Virus record (IMG/VR): IMGVR_UViG_3300024264_000088 | Location: 1 to 35,712 of that record | Strand: one strand, 5' to 3' | From: a virus | Taxonomy: Duplodnaviria; Caudoviricetes | Length of the DNA: 35,712 nt | Shown here: positions 17,411 through 26,856 of the stretch, in pieces | Layout of the letters: each line of letters opens with the position of its first letter | Position numbering within the stretch: the stretch's first letter is position 1 | The notes under the pieces: generated by a model | Seen by the model: the letters and a program-made list of their open reading frames with translations, nothing else | Told to the model about the DNA's origin: nothing | Databases searched by the model: none | Position numbers and translations under genes: made by a program

Positions 17411-19039
17411 TTACAGTCCTTTTCTTACAACAGGATGCCACACCGTACCATATTCATCAACCTCAGATTTTAACTCATCTGGTTGACCGTCATCTACAAA
17501 ACCAAAAGGCGCCATGTCCTGTTCGATTAAAGCCTGTTGTTCAATATATAATTGATTTCGTATATTTGAGTTAGATAACTCTTTAAAATACTGTTGGTTT
17601 GTCAACCAACCAAATATGACTAGACACATCATTAAATCGTCATTACAACCCTCCTCCGCCATCCAGGAGTTACCACGCCTACTAAATGTTGACATCTCCT
17701 CTATGAGTTGAAAGTCATTTATAATCAATTTATCACTTTCTATCAATGTCTTAATACTAGATGTACCTAATGCTTTAATCTGTTTAGTCATACGAACACC
17801 CATAGATGTACCTCTACCACTAAACATTGCACCTAATATTTGACCAGCTCTACCTCTTTGTGTTGTCATTAAGACATTATCGTATTCTAATTCCATTTGT
17901 AATATTTCAGCCACTTGTTGGCCTATATCATTAACCTCTGTTAGAATATGAGCTCTGTTATAACCTTTACAAACTTGTTCAATAATACTTGGAAAGATAT
18001 GAGGTTTAACTTCATTGTTTTTATAAGTTGCAACAATCTCATAAGGTATTTTAGTACAATCTAAAACTGTAAAGGCAGAATAATCTCTACCTGTACCACG
18101 AGCAACATCAACAGTTGTGACATACAAATGGTCTTTTTCGGGTCGCTTAAACATTTGTAAACCATTTTTACTTTCAATCGAAGGAATGTACGGGGTCGTC
18201 TTAATTTTTGCTGGTGAGATTAATGTATCTACACTTCCTAAAAACTCACATTCAAACTCTTGTGAAAATTGCTCGGGTGAGGTATTTCTTATAGTGGTCT
18301 CTTTCCACTTTTCATCTCTGCCTGGTACCTCTGACCAATGTACCTCAATAGGCACATAATCATTTTGTTTATTAATTGCGTCTTGCCACAATTTGTAGTA
18401 CATATTCATACCATGTGGTGTAGATACAATTATCATCTTTGTTTTTTTACCAGATGAGATTGTAGGATAAACTGAGCTAAAAAACATCTCGGCAATATTA
18501 GCCGGTACGAAAGCAAACTCATCAAGGAAGATTATGTTAAATGAACCACCTCGAATTGCACTTGAAGATGTTGCAGCCGCCACAATAGTGGACTTATTTT
18601 CTAATTCAATGTTACCTTTGTTCCAGTTGATAACCCCTTGTTGCATCCATTTTGGTAAGTTTTCATATGCAAGTTGCAATCTGCCTAATATATCTCTAGC
18701 TGTAGATGATTTGTTCGCTAGAATAGCAATATTAGAGTTAGGATTAAATAAGGCGTAATGTAAAAGATATGATATAGTAGTGGTAGATTTACCTGATTGA
18801 CGAGGTAATTTACAAATTGTGAAACGATTGTCATGTATTGTCCTTACGATATGTTTTTGAAAGTCCCACATTTTAAATGGAACAAGGCCGTCATCAAGTG
18901 AAACCACTTGAACATAATTCATCATAAAGTATATTGGGTCTTTCTCACACTTTTTATACTCTTTGATGTTATCTTTAGTAAACTCAACAGGTGTGTTTAC
19001 CTTTTTAAGATTAGGGTTACCTAGATATGCGTCTGTCAT
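17411..19039 (-). CDS. gp17: Terminase large subunit gp17
   Basis: YLGNPNLK, Walker A PRQSGKST, Walker B IIFLDEFAF, VSTPHG, nuclease DVARG..DYSA and DDLMM. Confidence 0.99.
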   Translation of the reverse strand: MTDAYLGNPNLKKVNTPVEFTKDNIKEYKKCEKDPIYFMMNYVQVVSLDDGLVPFKMWDFQKHIVRTIHDNRFTICKLPRQSGKSTTTISYLLHYALFNPNSNIAILANKSSTARDILGRLQLAYENLPKWMQQGVINWNKGNIELENKSTIVAAATSSSAIRGGSFNIIFLDEFAFVPANIAEMFFSSVYPTISSGKKTKMIIVSTPHGMNMYYKLWQDAINKQNDYVPIEVHWSEVPGRDEKWKETTIRNTSPEQFSQEFECEFLGSVDTLISPAKIKTTPYIPSIESKNGLQMFKRPEKDHLYVTTVDVARGTGRDYSAFTVLDCTKIPYEIVATYKNNEVKPHIFPSIIEQVCKGYNRAHILTEVNDIGQQVAEILQMELEYDNVLMTTQRGRAGQILGAMFSGRGTSMGVRMTKQIKALGTSSIKTLIESDKLIINDFQLIEEMSTFSRRGNSWMAEEGCNDDLMMCLVIFGWLTNQQYFKELSNSNIRNQLYIEQQALIEQDMAPFGFVDDGQPDELKSEVDEYGTVWHPVVRKGL

Positions 19040-19632
19040 TTGTTTAGTTGATTAATAAAATTAATCCATCCTGTTACTATGTATTTTTCTTTTGTTTTAC
19101 TAATTACACCTCTATGAGTATGTGTCCAAAAAGCAGGCCATATTAAAGTTAAACCTTTTTTAGCAGGTGTTGTTATATTTTGATGTAAAAATTCTGTACC
19201 ACCATCTTTCACATCATTTAAATAAGTCATAAAAACAAAACCTCTATGTTGATTTAAATGTGATTTAAAATCATTTTCCATATGCCATATTTTAAAACCA
19301 CCACCCTTAGGATACTTTTGTAAGTTATAGTTTTCCCTTAAAGCAAATTCTGTATTTTCATTTGTATAAGGATATTTTTCAGTATATTTTTTAATTACCT
19401 TATAAAGATGTTCTTTATATGAGTGAAAGGGCTCATTTTCATTTGTAAAACTAATTGCCATTTCTTTAGATTCTTTTAATTCTTTAGCAATTACTTGACC
19501 CTCATCAACTTTGTACATTTGACCATCTATTAATGGTTGACTATCTGCAAACTTAATTAGACTATCACAAACTTTTTTTGGTATAAACCAACCACCCATT
19601 AAAGTAATATTATCTAATTCATATTCCTTCAT
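19036..19632 (-). CDS. 2OG-Fe(II) oxygenase (HxE...H...K type)
   Basis: NLQKYPKGGGFKIWHME...FMTYLNDVKDGGTEF...WPAFWTHTHRG...KYIVTGW. Confidence 0.9.
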   Translation of the reverse strand: MKEYELDNITLMGGWFIPKKVCDSLIKFADSQPLIDGQMYKVDEGQVIAKELKESKEMAISFTNENEPFHSYKEHLYKVIKKYTEKYPYTNENTEFALRENYNLQKYPKGGGFKIWHMENDFKSHLNQHRGFVFMTYLNDVKDGGTEFLHQNITTPAKKGLTLIWPAFWTHTHRGVISKTKEKYIVTGWINFINQLNK

Positions 19633-19880
19633 ATTATAAAACCCTCAATATGTGTATATCCCATTTGAACAGCTGCCTCAATACGACTACTACCTTTATA
19701 AACAAAATACTCTTTATCGTAATTTGGATTTGTGTCGTGTTCTATTTCAACACAGTCTAACATATCTTTGCCATCAAGTATGTCTTGAAGCATAATGCCG
19801 TTTTTAACCCAGCCTAATTCACTTATCTTGAATATCTGTTTTTTCGGGTGTGATTGTTTTGCTTTCAATAATTTCATCAT
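19629..19880 (-). CDS. Small ParB/sulfiredoxin-like domain protein
   Basis: YFVYKGSSRIEAAVQMGYTHIEGFII matches the ParB-N G-x-x-R-x-x-A-x-x-x-x-G pattern; overlaps gp16 3' end by 62 nt. Confidence 0.55.
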   Translation of the reverse strand: MMKLLKAKQSHPKKQIFKISELGWVKNGIMLQDILDGKDMLDCVEIEHDTNPNYDKEYFVYKGSSRIEAAVQMGYTHIEGFII

Positions 19881-20292
19881 CTTTTTTTAACATCTTTTGT
19901 AATTCTGCTGTTGAACCAACAAACAATGCGTTTTTAATATTAGCATTAGCTGTTTTTGGCAACTCTTTCAAGTCTTTTAGTTTTTTATTTAAGTCTTGTA
20001 ATTTATCTACAGTATCAGCAACATTTTTAATACCAGCTAATGCAACTTCATATGCTCTAGGATGTTGACCCTCTTTTGCAACATTTAAAATACCTTCTAT
20101 AGCTTCTTGACCTTTTTCAATAAGATTGTAATAGTGTTCTCTACTATTCTTATGGTCGTTATCTACATCTGAATCCTTTTCTTCGGTTCTAACCACAGGA
20201 GCTTTAAATTCTTCCTGTTTATGTAATTCCTCCATAGGAGTTTTTGCTGGTTCTAAACCTAAAATTTGATTTACTTTATCTTCAATAGCCAT
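19819..20292 (-). CDS. gp16: Terminase small subunit gp16
   Basis: SREHYYNLIEKGQEAI, HPRAYEV, NALFVGSTAELQKMLK. Confidence 0.95.
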   Translation of the reverse strand: MAIEDKVNQILGLEPAKTPMEELHKQEEFKAPVVRTEEKDSDVDNDHKNSREHYYNLIEKGQEAIEGILNVAKEGQHPRAYEVALAGIKNVADTVDKLQDLNKKLKDLKELPKTANANIKNALFVGSTAELQKMLKKDDEIIESKTITPEKTDIQDK

Positions 20293-20297
20293 ATTAA

Positions 20298-20305
20298 TAT
20301 TTAGA
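20298..20305 (-). promoter_or_regulatory. Late promoter variant TCTAAATA (gp16)
   Basis: One mismatch to TATAAATA, 5 nt before gp16 ATG, no SD. Confidence 0.55.
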
Positions 20306-20990
20306 AGTCCGTGTTGCTGTGGTCTATTTTATCTTTCCACCAAGACGGTAAACCTAAGTGAGGTCTGCCATCAAACATATTCTTTTTTGAACCTTTTGTT
20401 TTTTGATTATTATAATGCAAAAATACTTGAGCACAATCTGTACCGTCAAACTTATCTCTCCAATGTTCGCAAATATTACCCTTATAAACCAACATATCAC
20501 CTGGTTTTAATTCTACTTTTACACCATCTGTATATTCAGACACATAAGCGCCATCTTCACCTGTATTTCCACCTTTTTTAGGATTAGGCTCAATGTAAAT
20601 TGGCCATTTATCTCCACCTAGATTCATTGTTGTAGAAATCTCACAACTAAATCTATCTTTATGTCGTTTTAAAATATCTCCATTTTTATAGATACGAGCA
20701 TATGAGTAAGTAGGTATTAAATCAAGTCCTGTTTCTTTTTCCATTTTGGGTTGAACAGCAAGTAATAAAGTTTCCATTGCTATATCAGCATAATGTGAGT
20801 ATGTTTCTGGGGCTTGAATATCATTCCAAACTCCCCACTCAGTAGTAAATGGTGAAATAAATTTGTTGTCAAACATGGTTCTCGTCACTTGTCTTTTCAT
20901 CATAAAATAATTCATAACGAATTCAGCAATCTTTGGGTCGATTGCTTTTCTAATTACCATGTAGTTGTTTTTCTTAAATGCAGGTGTCAT
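20301..20990 (-). CDS. Putative 2OG-Fe(II) oxygenase (marine phage family)
   Basis: LIPTYSYARIYKNGDILKRHKDRFSCEISTT...GDMLVYKG...HWR...QVFLHY (HxD...H). Confidence 0.8.
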   Translation of the reverse strand: MTPAFKKNNYMVIRKAIDPKIAEFVMNYFMMKRQVTRTMFDNKFISPFTTEWGVWNDIQAPETYSHYADIAMETLLLAVQPKMEKETGLDLIPTYSYARIYKNGDILKRHKDRFSCEISTTMNLGGDKWPIYIEPNPKKGGNTGEDGAYVSEYTDGVKVELKPGDMLVYKGNICEHWRDKFDGTDCAQVFLHYNNQKTKGSKKNMFDGRPHLGLPSWWKDKIDHSNTDF

Positions 20991-21625
20991 TGTTTTACTC
21001 CTTCTAATATTGTATTACTCACAGCCTGTAAGTTAAAATGTATAAATCTAAAATCTTCTTTACCGTCATCTACTCCATATTCGTGAGCTAAATAAGCAGG
21101 TATGAAAATTAATGTGCCTGGTTTAGGTATATAATTTACCTTATCATTTGCCAATGAAACTTGTTTACTATCTTTTTCTGGCAACTTCATCATTTTAGCG
21201 CCAGTTCTAGGGTCGTGAAAAGTTGGCCTTGATGTATTCTCTGTACACTTTAAATAATAAAATGCTGATACATGATTATTACCATGAACATGAGAATTGT
21301 GATGGCCTCCGCCATTTTTATTAAACTCTTGCACCCATGACTCAGTATAGAATAATGAATGATTTGTCATATCATATCCCATACCATCTAAAAAGTTGTG
21401 TGCTGTTGCACCAACCCAATCATGCAATTCTTTTAATTTAGGTTCGCTGTGTAAAGGACTTGAATGATACGAATGACCAAAATCATTTTTACCTTTCTTA
21501 TCTCTTTTATAAGCTTCTTTAATATATTTGTCACATACTTTATTTACTTTATTTACCCACTCTGGTTTTTCGAACAACCATATTGGTGTTTGAAAATGGT
21601 GATTTACTAATGCTTCATTACTCAT
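20987..21625 (-). CDS. Putative 2OG-Fe(II) oxygenase, HxH type (TIGR02466-like)
   Basis: FQTPIW, ESWVQEF...HNSHVH...VSAFYYL...FHDPR...FIPAYLAHE...RFIHFN. Confidence 0.82.
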   Translation of the reverse strand: MSNEALVNHHFQTPIWLFEKPEWVNKVNKVCDKYIKEAYKRDKKGKNDFGHSYHSSPLHSEPKLKELHDWVGATAHNFLDGMGYDMTNHSLFYTESWVQEFNKNGGGHHNSHVHGNNHVSAFYYLKCTENTSRPTFHDPRTGAKMMKLPEKDSKQVSLANDKVNYIPKPGTLIFIPAYLAHEYGVDDGKEDFRFIHFNLQAVSNTILEGVKQ

Positions 21626-21637
21626 AATATACTTTCT

Positions 21638-22315
21638 CTATTTAAATGGATAACCTAAACTCCATACTACTAATGAATGTCTAGTACCTTTTGTTACTGG
21701 TGTGACTCTATGCCATACAAAACTTGGAAATACAATAATAGAACCACGAGGTCTAATTTCTGTTACTAATCTTTTACTATTTTTTCTTTGATGTGCATTA
21801 TCATAGTCTGTACTGTTTCTTAAATCCACTTCAAAGTTACCGCCCTCGTATTCTTCAGGATGTGAAAGAGAAATTGTCATTGATAATTTTCTTACTTTAC
21901 CGTGGTCTCTTGGTCGTGTACCATCTTCTAATGGCGGCCTCATATAAGCTTTATTCCAACTATCAGTATGCCAACCATAATAATCACCTACACCATATCT
22001 TGTAAATTGACAAGACTCAGAAAAGTCCCACTCAAAATTCCAACCGGCCTTTTGATTTGCTTCGTGTAAGTATGGGTGTATTTCTTTGTAAATCCATGTA
22101 TCATCCATCCACACAACATCTGATTTACGCTTCTTTTGAATGTCTTTGACAACAGACTTTTTTAATTTACCTTTACCGTCAAGATTTTTTTTATCATCTG
22201 AACCACCTGTTACAGCCATTCCCAATTCATGTTGTTTACCATAGGCTAATATATCATCAACAAGTCTTGGTGGTAATACTGACTGAAAGTAATAGTAATA
22301 ATTTTCTAAATTCAT
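21638..22315 (-). CDS. 2OG-Fe(II) oxygenase, prolyl-4-hydroxylase/PKHD-like
   Basis: QFTRY...YGWHTD...RKLSMT...YEGGNF...FPSFVWHRVTPVTKGTRHSLVVW. Confidence 0.92.
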   Translation of the reverse strand: MNLENYYYYFQSVLPPRLVDDILAYGKQHELGMAVTGGSDDKKNLDGKGKLKKSVVKDIQKKRKSDVVWMDDTWIYKEIHPYLHEANQKAGWNFEWDFSESCQFTRYGVGDYYGWHTDSWNKAYMRPPLEDGTRPRDHGKVRKLSMTISLSHPEEYEGGNFEVDLRNSTDYDNAHQRKNSKRLVTEIRPRGSIIVFPSFVWHRVTPVTKGTRHSLVVWSLGYPFK

Positions 22316-22332
22316 TCTTTGTTCCTCATCAT

Positions 22333-22340
22333 CATTTATA
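22333..22340 (-). promoter_or_regulatory. Late promoter variant TATAAATG
   Basis: One mismatch, intergenic, upstream of GAGGA SD of the oxygenase triplet. Confidence 0.5.
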
Positions 22341-22353
22341 TATACTCATATAA

Positions 22354-23790
22354 TTATTTAGGCAACCTTCCAGAGCATACTTTTTGTAGATACTTTTTAT
22401 GACTTATAGTTTCTACTTCATTATTCCATTTTGTTTGTCTATCAACCTGTTCAATAACATAATCTTTATATGGTTGAGATAAACTATCAAACTCTTTTTT
22501 GATAGATTTTTTATTAATTAAATTTAACTCTTTTAATACCACAGAAAAGTTTCCAGATTTAAATAGATTATATTCACCATCAAAGTCTTCTTTCATAGGC
22601 AATCTTTTATGCCATGTTTTTAAATTTTCTTTGAGAGATAATGGTAAATTAGGTTTATATTGTTTCCAAAATTTACTATCTTTTTTACCTGTCAAATAAT
22701 GTAACAAAACAAAATCTCTAATATTTTCTACAATTGTTTTAAATCTTTTATTATACAGTTGTATATCTTTTTCTGTATAATTAATCAATATGTGCATTAA
22801 TATAAAAGCTTGTTGTATAGAAGTGCCTATTGAAGAAGCCTCTAAAGGTTCTATAAAACTAGAACTCAATCCTGTTGCAACACAATTACCTATCCAAGGC
22901 CTATCAATAGTTCCTGCCTCAAATTTTATATTCTTACCTATTTCTATTTTATGGCCTAGATACTTTTCACATTCTATTTTAGCTTGTTCAGCGTTTATAA
23001 ATTTATTATTATAAACATAACCATTACCCCAACGACCATTTGTTGGTATTCGCCACATCCAACCTGCTGACATTGCTTTTGCTGTTGTGTAAGGTGTATA
23101 TTCGTCTGTATCTTTTGTAGGAAAAGCAATAGCCTCATTCATTGGCAAATATTCTTTATATGATTGCCACTTTGCGCCTAATTTTGATATAAGTAATCTT
23201 TTAAAACCTGTGCTATCAATATAAAAGTCATGTTTATATTCTTTAGTTTTGCTTTGAATACTGTAAATATTTCCTTTTTGTATATTTACTTTTATAATAT
23301 CATCATTGTAAACATCTATATTTAAACTCTTACACTTTTTTAATAAGAATTTATTTAATTTAAAAGTATCAAAATGATATTGTTTATTTGTTTGTGATGG
23401 AGTTACTAAATTATTCCATGCGTGTGGGTCGGTATACTCTTTTGATTTTAAATTATTAGATACTACATATGCGTAACCACCTAGATAATGGGCAAATTTT
23501 GTGTATGCGTAGGAACCGTATGTGTTATGGTAATAGTCTTGTTTTGTCCAATCTTTAAACATAATACCACCTTTGTAGGTAGCGCCAGTTTCTCTGATTA
23601 GTTCTTCTTCGGTTATACCGGTATGAAGCATAAAATCTGACCAATGTTCAGTAGTGCCTTCGCCGACACCAATGATACCGATTTTATCCGACTTTACAAT
23701 GTCTATTTTAAGTGAGGAGAATCTACTCTTTAGGATTAAAGCAGTTATGAGACCTGCTGTTCCGCCACCAACTATACATAATTTATTCAT
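22354..23790 (-). CDS. Flavin-dependent halogenase (tryptophan halogenase/PrnA family)
   Basis: IVGGGTAG FAD motif, IGVGEGT, catalytic-Lys context ATYKGGI, YIDSTGF, WMWRIP (WxWxIP), FIEPLEAS. Confidence 0.92.
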   Translation of the reverse strand: MNKLCIVGGGTAGLITALILKSRFSSLKIDIVKSDKIGIIGVGEGTTEHWSDFMLHTGITEEELIRETGATYKGGIMFKDWTKQDYYHNTYGSYAYTKFAHYLGGYAYVVSNNLKSKEYTDPHAWNNLVTPSQTNKQYHFDTFKLNKFLLKKCKSLNIDVYNDDIIKVNIQKGNIYSIQSKTKEYKHDFYIDSTGFKRLLISKLGAKWQSYKEYLPMNEAIAFPTKDTDEYTPYTTAKAMSAGWMWRIPTNGRWGNGYVYNNKFINAEQAKIECEKYLGHKIEIGKNIKFEAGTIDRPWIGNCVATGLSSSFIEPLEASSIGTSIQQAFILMHILINYTEKDIQLYNKRFKTIVENIRDFVLLHYLTGKKDSKFWKQYKPNLPLSLKENLKTWHKRLPMKEDFDGEYNLFKSGNFSVVLKELNLINKKSIKKEFDSLSQPYKDYVIEQVDRQTKWNNEVETISHKKYLQKVCSGRLPK

Positions 23791-23810
23791 AATATAACCT
23801 ATTTATTGTC

Positions 23811-23830
23811 AAACAGGAACTATGTTCCTG
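23811..23830 (-). terminator. Hairpin/weak terminator between Gly-rich gene and halogenase
   Basis: Minus strand CAGGAAC-ATA-GTTCCTG then TTT; followed by late-promoter variant AATAAATA (23800-23807). Confidence 0.5.
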
Positions 23831-23839
23831 AAGAATTAA

Positions 23840-25243
23840 TTACTGTCTTTTGTATCTTAGTATTACGACACCTGAACTTCCGTTGGCACCATTGTTCCAA
23901 CCTCCGCCACCGCCGCCGCCTAAATTAGAACCTGGAGCTGCTGTACCGTTTGTTGTTGAACCAGAACCACCGCCGCCATCTCCTCCTGGAGCAGAACCTA
24001 CTGGAGCACCAGCTGAACTATAACCACCGCCACCGCCGCCAGCTCTAGTGACTGCTGAACCTGAAATTGAAGAAGCTGCACCGTCACCACCGTGTGATGA
24101 ACCGTCAGTACATCCGGCTTCGATAGCACCACCGCCACCGCCGTGTCTGCCTGGATTACTATTGTTACCTTGTACACCGCCAGGATTTCCTTGAGGTGGA
24201 GAAACTGGTGGGTGATTACCACTTTGGCATGAAACAGGAACTCCTGGTTCTCTACCGCCACCTGAACCACCTAAAACTCTAGGGTTTGGAGCAGGACCTC
24301 CGCCACCACCACCTGTTGATGTGATAGTAGAAAATATTGAATTGCCACCTTTTAATCCACCACTTTGGTGTTCTTGGCCACCTCCGCCAGCACCGATTGT
24401 AATAGGATATGTTTGAGCTGCAATTGTAATACCAGTTGGATTTGCTAAAGGACTTGCCCCTGCCACATTTAGGCCATTTGATTCTCTATAACCTCCGGCA
24501 CCGCCGCCGCCTTCACCGCCTCCGCCACCGCCGGCAACAACTAAGTAATCAACTATTGCGCCTTGATTTCCTATACTTGTAACAGCAAAGTTACCAGATG
24601 AATTGAATGTATGAATTTTGTAATCGCCTGAATTAGCTGTTGTTCCGCCTGTTGCTTCTACAAATGAAGCTGGTTCGATAGATGTGGATTGAACTGTCCA
24701 CCCCACAGTTGCGTCTGAATATACATAAACCTCAGATACTCGGTTGCCATTTGTTACTCTATTAGATGCAGCTGCATTAAAGTTTGAACCGTTACGAGCA
24801 ATTGTAATATTGTTTGTAGCGGCACTTCCATAGTCAACTACACCTACAAAATCACCTATACTAGGTGAAGCTGGTAATGTAACTGTTATAGCACCGCCAG
24901 CAGTATTTACGAAATATCCTTCTCCTGAAACTGCTGTAAAATCAGCAGTCTTAACTGATTGCCAATCTAAACCTGCAACGATATCACCACTAGCGCCTAA
25001 GGCAATAGCTGTACCGTTTACAGTAATTGATGAGTTTGATAATTTAGCATTTGTAATTGAACCTGCTAATTTAGAGGTTTCAATAGAACCTGCTAATTGA
25101 GTATTTGTTATACCACCTGCAAGCCTATCAGCTGCAATTGTGCCTGACGCAATTTTATCACTTGTAATTGTACCTGGCGCTATATCAGCTGCCGACAATT
25201 CGGCGTCTTTAATTCCTTTTGAACCTACTTTACTTATTGGCAT
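23840..25243 (-). CDS. Glycine-rich virion fibre/adhesin protein (paralogue 3)
   Basis: N-terminal IxxxKLAGS repeats, WQSV..GYFVNT..ITVTLPASPS.GD domain, YKIHTFNSSG, polyglycine blocks, ends GVVILRYKRQ. Confidence 0.8.
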   Translation of the reverse strand: MPISKVGSKGIKDAELSAADIAPGTITSDKIASGTIAADRLAGGITNTQLAGSIETSKLAGSITNAKLSNSSITVNGTAIALGASGDIVAGLDWQSVKTADFTAVSGEGYFVNTAGGAITVTLPASPSIGDFVGVVDYGSAATNNITIARNGSNFNAAASNRVTNGNRVSEVYVYSDATVGWTVQSTSIEPASFVEATGGTTANSGDYKIHTFNSSGNFAVTSIGNQGAIVDYLVVAGGGGGGEGGGGAGGYRESNGLNVAGASPLANPTGITIAAQTYPITIGAGGGGQEHQSGGLKGGNSIFSTITSTGGGGGGPAPNPRVLGGSGGGREPGVPVSCQSGNHPPVSPPQGNPGGVQGNNSNPGRHGGGGGAIEAGCTDGSSHGGDGAASSISGSAVTRAGGGGGGYSSAGAPVGSAPGGDGGGGSGSTTNGTAAPGSNLGGGGGGGWNNGANGSSGVVILRYKRQ

Positions 25244-25266
25244 AGTTTTCCTCTATTTCTCTCTTA

Positions 25267-25274
25267 TATTTATA
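25267..25274 (-). promoter_or_regulatory. T4 late promoter for the Gly-rich/halogenase island
   Basis: Exact TATAAATA overlapping the gp15 stop codon. Confidence 0.8.
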
Positions 25275-26067
25275 CATCCTCATCTCTTGCTTTATCATAA
25301 TTCTTACCATCTGCAAAACTTGTTATGGTTGTTGTAAATCCGAAATCATCATCTGCGTCAGCACTTGTTGGATTAGGTACAACCACGATTCTTTCTTCTC
25401 TACTAGCAGCTGGTAAATCAGTATGTAAATCAGACTGAGTTTCCTTGATTACTTTTTGTGTTGAAGCAGGACCATACAGATATGTCTTTGCTGTAAAGTT
25501 TAATGTATAGATAACTGCTCTTCTTGTTGTAAAATCTCCTGAATAACTATCTTCGTAATTAATATTATTTAGTACAATAGGAATATCTCTTTTGATACCC
25601 ATTTCTGGAATAACATTAACAGTAACAGTATAATCAGGTTGAAAATACGGTAATATTTGTTCTATAATTTGTAAACCACCTTCGGCAGTTGCTGTCAAAC
25701 AAAATAAATTATATGATATATTGTATGGTACAGGCATATAGTTATAATTCATAACCTTTCCATCAGCACCTGTTTTTACAGATTTAAATTTTTGTACTTT
25801 AGTTAGTTTTCTACTACCATCATATGCAATGTCTGAAATTTCAAATCCCATTCTAGGTAATGTAATGGCCATTTCTCTTTCATCTAAATTAGGTTGTTGG
25901 TCTAATCTAACCAAAAACTTTTCTTTAGGTGCATAAGCTAAAGGAACCCTAATTGATTGTACAGTTGCACCTGTACTATCTTTTCTTTTAATTTGTATGT
26001 TATTAAAAATCTGACCAAAAGCTACGGTCATCTTTCTCATACTTTCGTTGTAAAAATATCCAAACAT
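25270..26067 (-). CDS. gp15: Tail sheath stabiliser/terminator gp15
   Basis: YFYNESMRK...VPLAYAPKEKF...LPRMGFE...QIIEQILPYFQP. Confidence 0.96.
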   Translation of the reverse strand: MFGYFYNESMRKMTVAFGQIFNNIQIKRKDSTGATVQSIRVPLAYAPKEKFLVRLDQQPNLDEREMAITLPRMGFEISDIAYDGSRKLTKVQKFKSVKTGADGKVMNYNYMPVPYNISYNLFCLTATAEGGLQIIEQILPYFQPDYTVTVNVIPEMGIKRDIPIVLNNINYEDSYSGDFTTRRAVIYTLNFTAKTYLYGPASTQKVIKETQSDLHTDLPAASREERIVVVPNPTSADADDDFGFTTTITSFADGKNYDKARDEDV

Positions 26068-26852
26068 TAATTGTCTACCTCACCAAATGGGTTTCTTTCT
26101 GTAAAGTCAAGTATATCATCTGAAGTATCTGCTGTATTGAAACCTGCTTGTGCGTCTAAATCTAAATTGTCTGCATAAGTAGATTGTGTTTGTAAAGCAT
26201 AGTCTTCATTGATAAAGTAGTTTGCGTCACCACTTACACTATCGTTTTCTAATTGCAATGCACCTGTACCATCTTCTAATTGTACTTGATGTGACAACAT
26301 ATCAATAGAGTATTGGTCTTCAGCACTATCAATATCTGTAACGCCTGTGTCTAATCTTTCTGAACTGTATTCCCATGTTCTAGCTCTTAGTTTGTAAACC
26401 GGCAAATTGCCTAATTGAAAGAACGGCTCTTGGTCTTCTACAAAACTAATTTCAAAAAACTTATTCATCATTGGGTAATAAATTATATCACCCTCATTTG
26501 GTCTGCCTTCAACAATCATAGTATGGTAACTATCTACTGCGTCATTCCATCTTCGTTTAGACAACATGAAAGTTGTTTCTTCTCTGATTTCTAAACCAAA
26601 TTTATTAATTAATTCTTGTTCACCAGCTAAACCCTCTGTTGTTTCAACATACATTTCTATTAGATAAGAGTCATCAAATTTTGATAAACTATCTTCACCT
26701 AATATTAGGTCTCTATTGACTAGTGTTCTCGGTAGGTAGTAAACATCATGGCCATAAATTTTTAGGCCTTCGATAATTAAATCTTCGTAAAGAGTTTTTT
26801 CGTTTGTGTCGCCAATGCCGTTCCCGCCTTGAAAGTGGTGATTAACTGCCAT
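26067..26852 (-). CDS. gp14: Neck protein gp14
   Basis: IIEGLKIYGHDVYYLPR, KFGLEIRE, RPNEGDIIY, PFFQLG, FTERNPFGE. Confidence 0.96.
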   Translation of the reverse strand: MAVNHHFQGGNGIGDTNEKTLYEDLIIEGLKIYGHDVYYLPRTLVNRDLILGEDSLSKFDDSYLIEMYVETTEGLAGEQELINKFGLEIREETTFMLSKRRWNDAVDSYHTMIVEGRPNEGDIIYYPMMNKFFEISFVEDQEPFFQLGNLPVYKLRARTWEYSSERLDTGVTDIDSAEDQYSIDMLSHQVQLEDGTGALQLENDSVSGDANYFINEDYALQTQSTYADNLDLDAQAGFNTADTSDDILDFTERNPFGEVDN

Positions 26853-26856
26853 GGCA

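Noticed and set aside
8474-19039. Introns, inteins or homing endonucleases in gp23, gp20, gp17
   Set aside because: ORFs are continuous and of normal length; no HNH, GIY-YIG or LAGLIDADG motifs seen.
23807-23812. TTGACA upstream of the halogenase as a sigma70 -35
   Set aside because: No acceptable -10 hexamer at 16-18 nt spacing.
23840-24560. Collagen-like repeats as P4H substrate
   Set aside because: Gly-rich tracts are GGGG/GGAGG runs, not sustained Gly-X-Y triplets.
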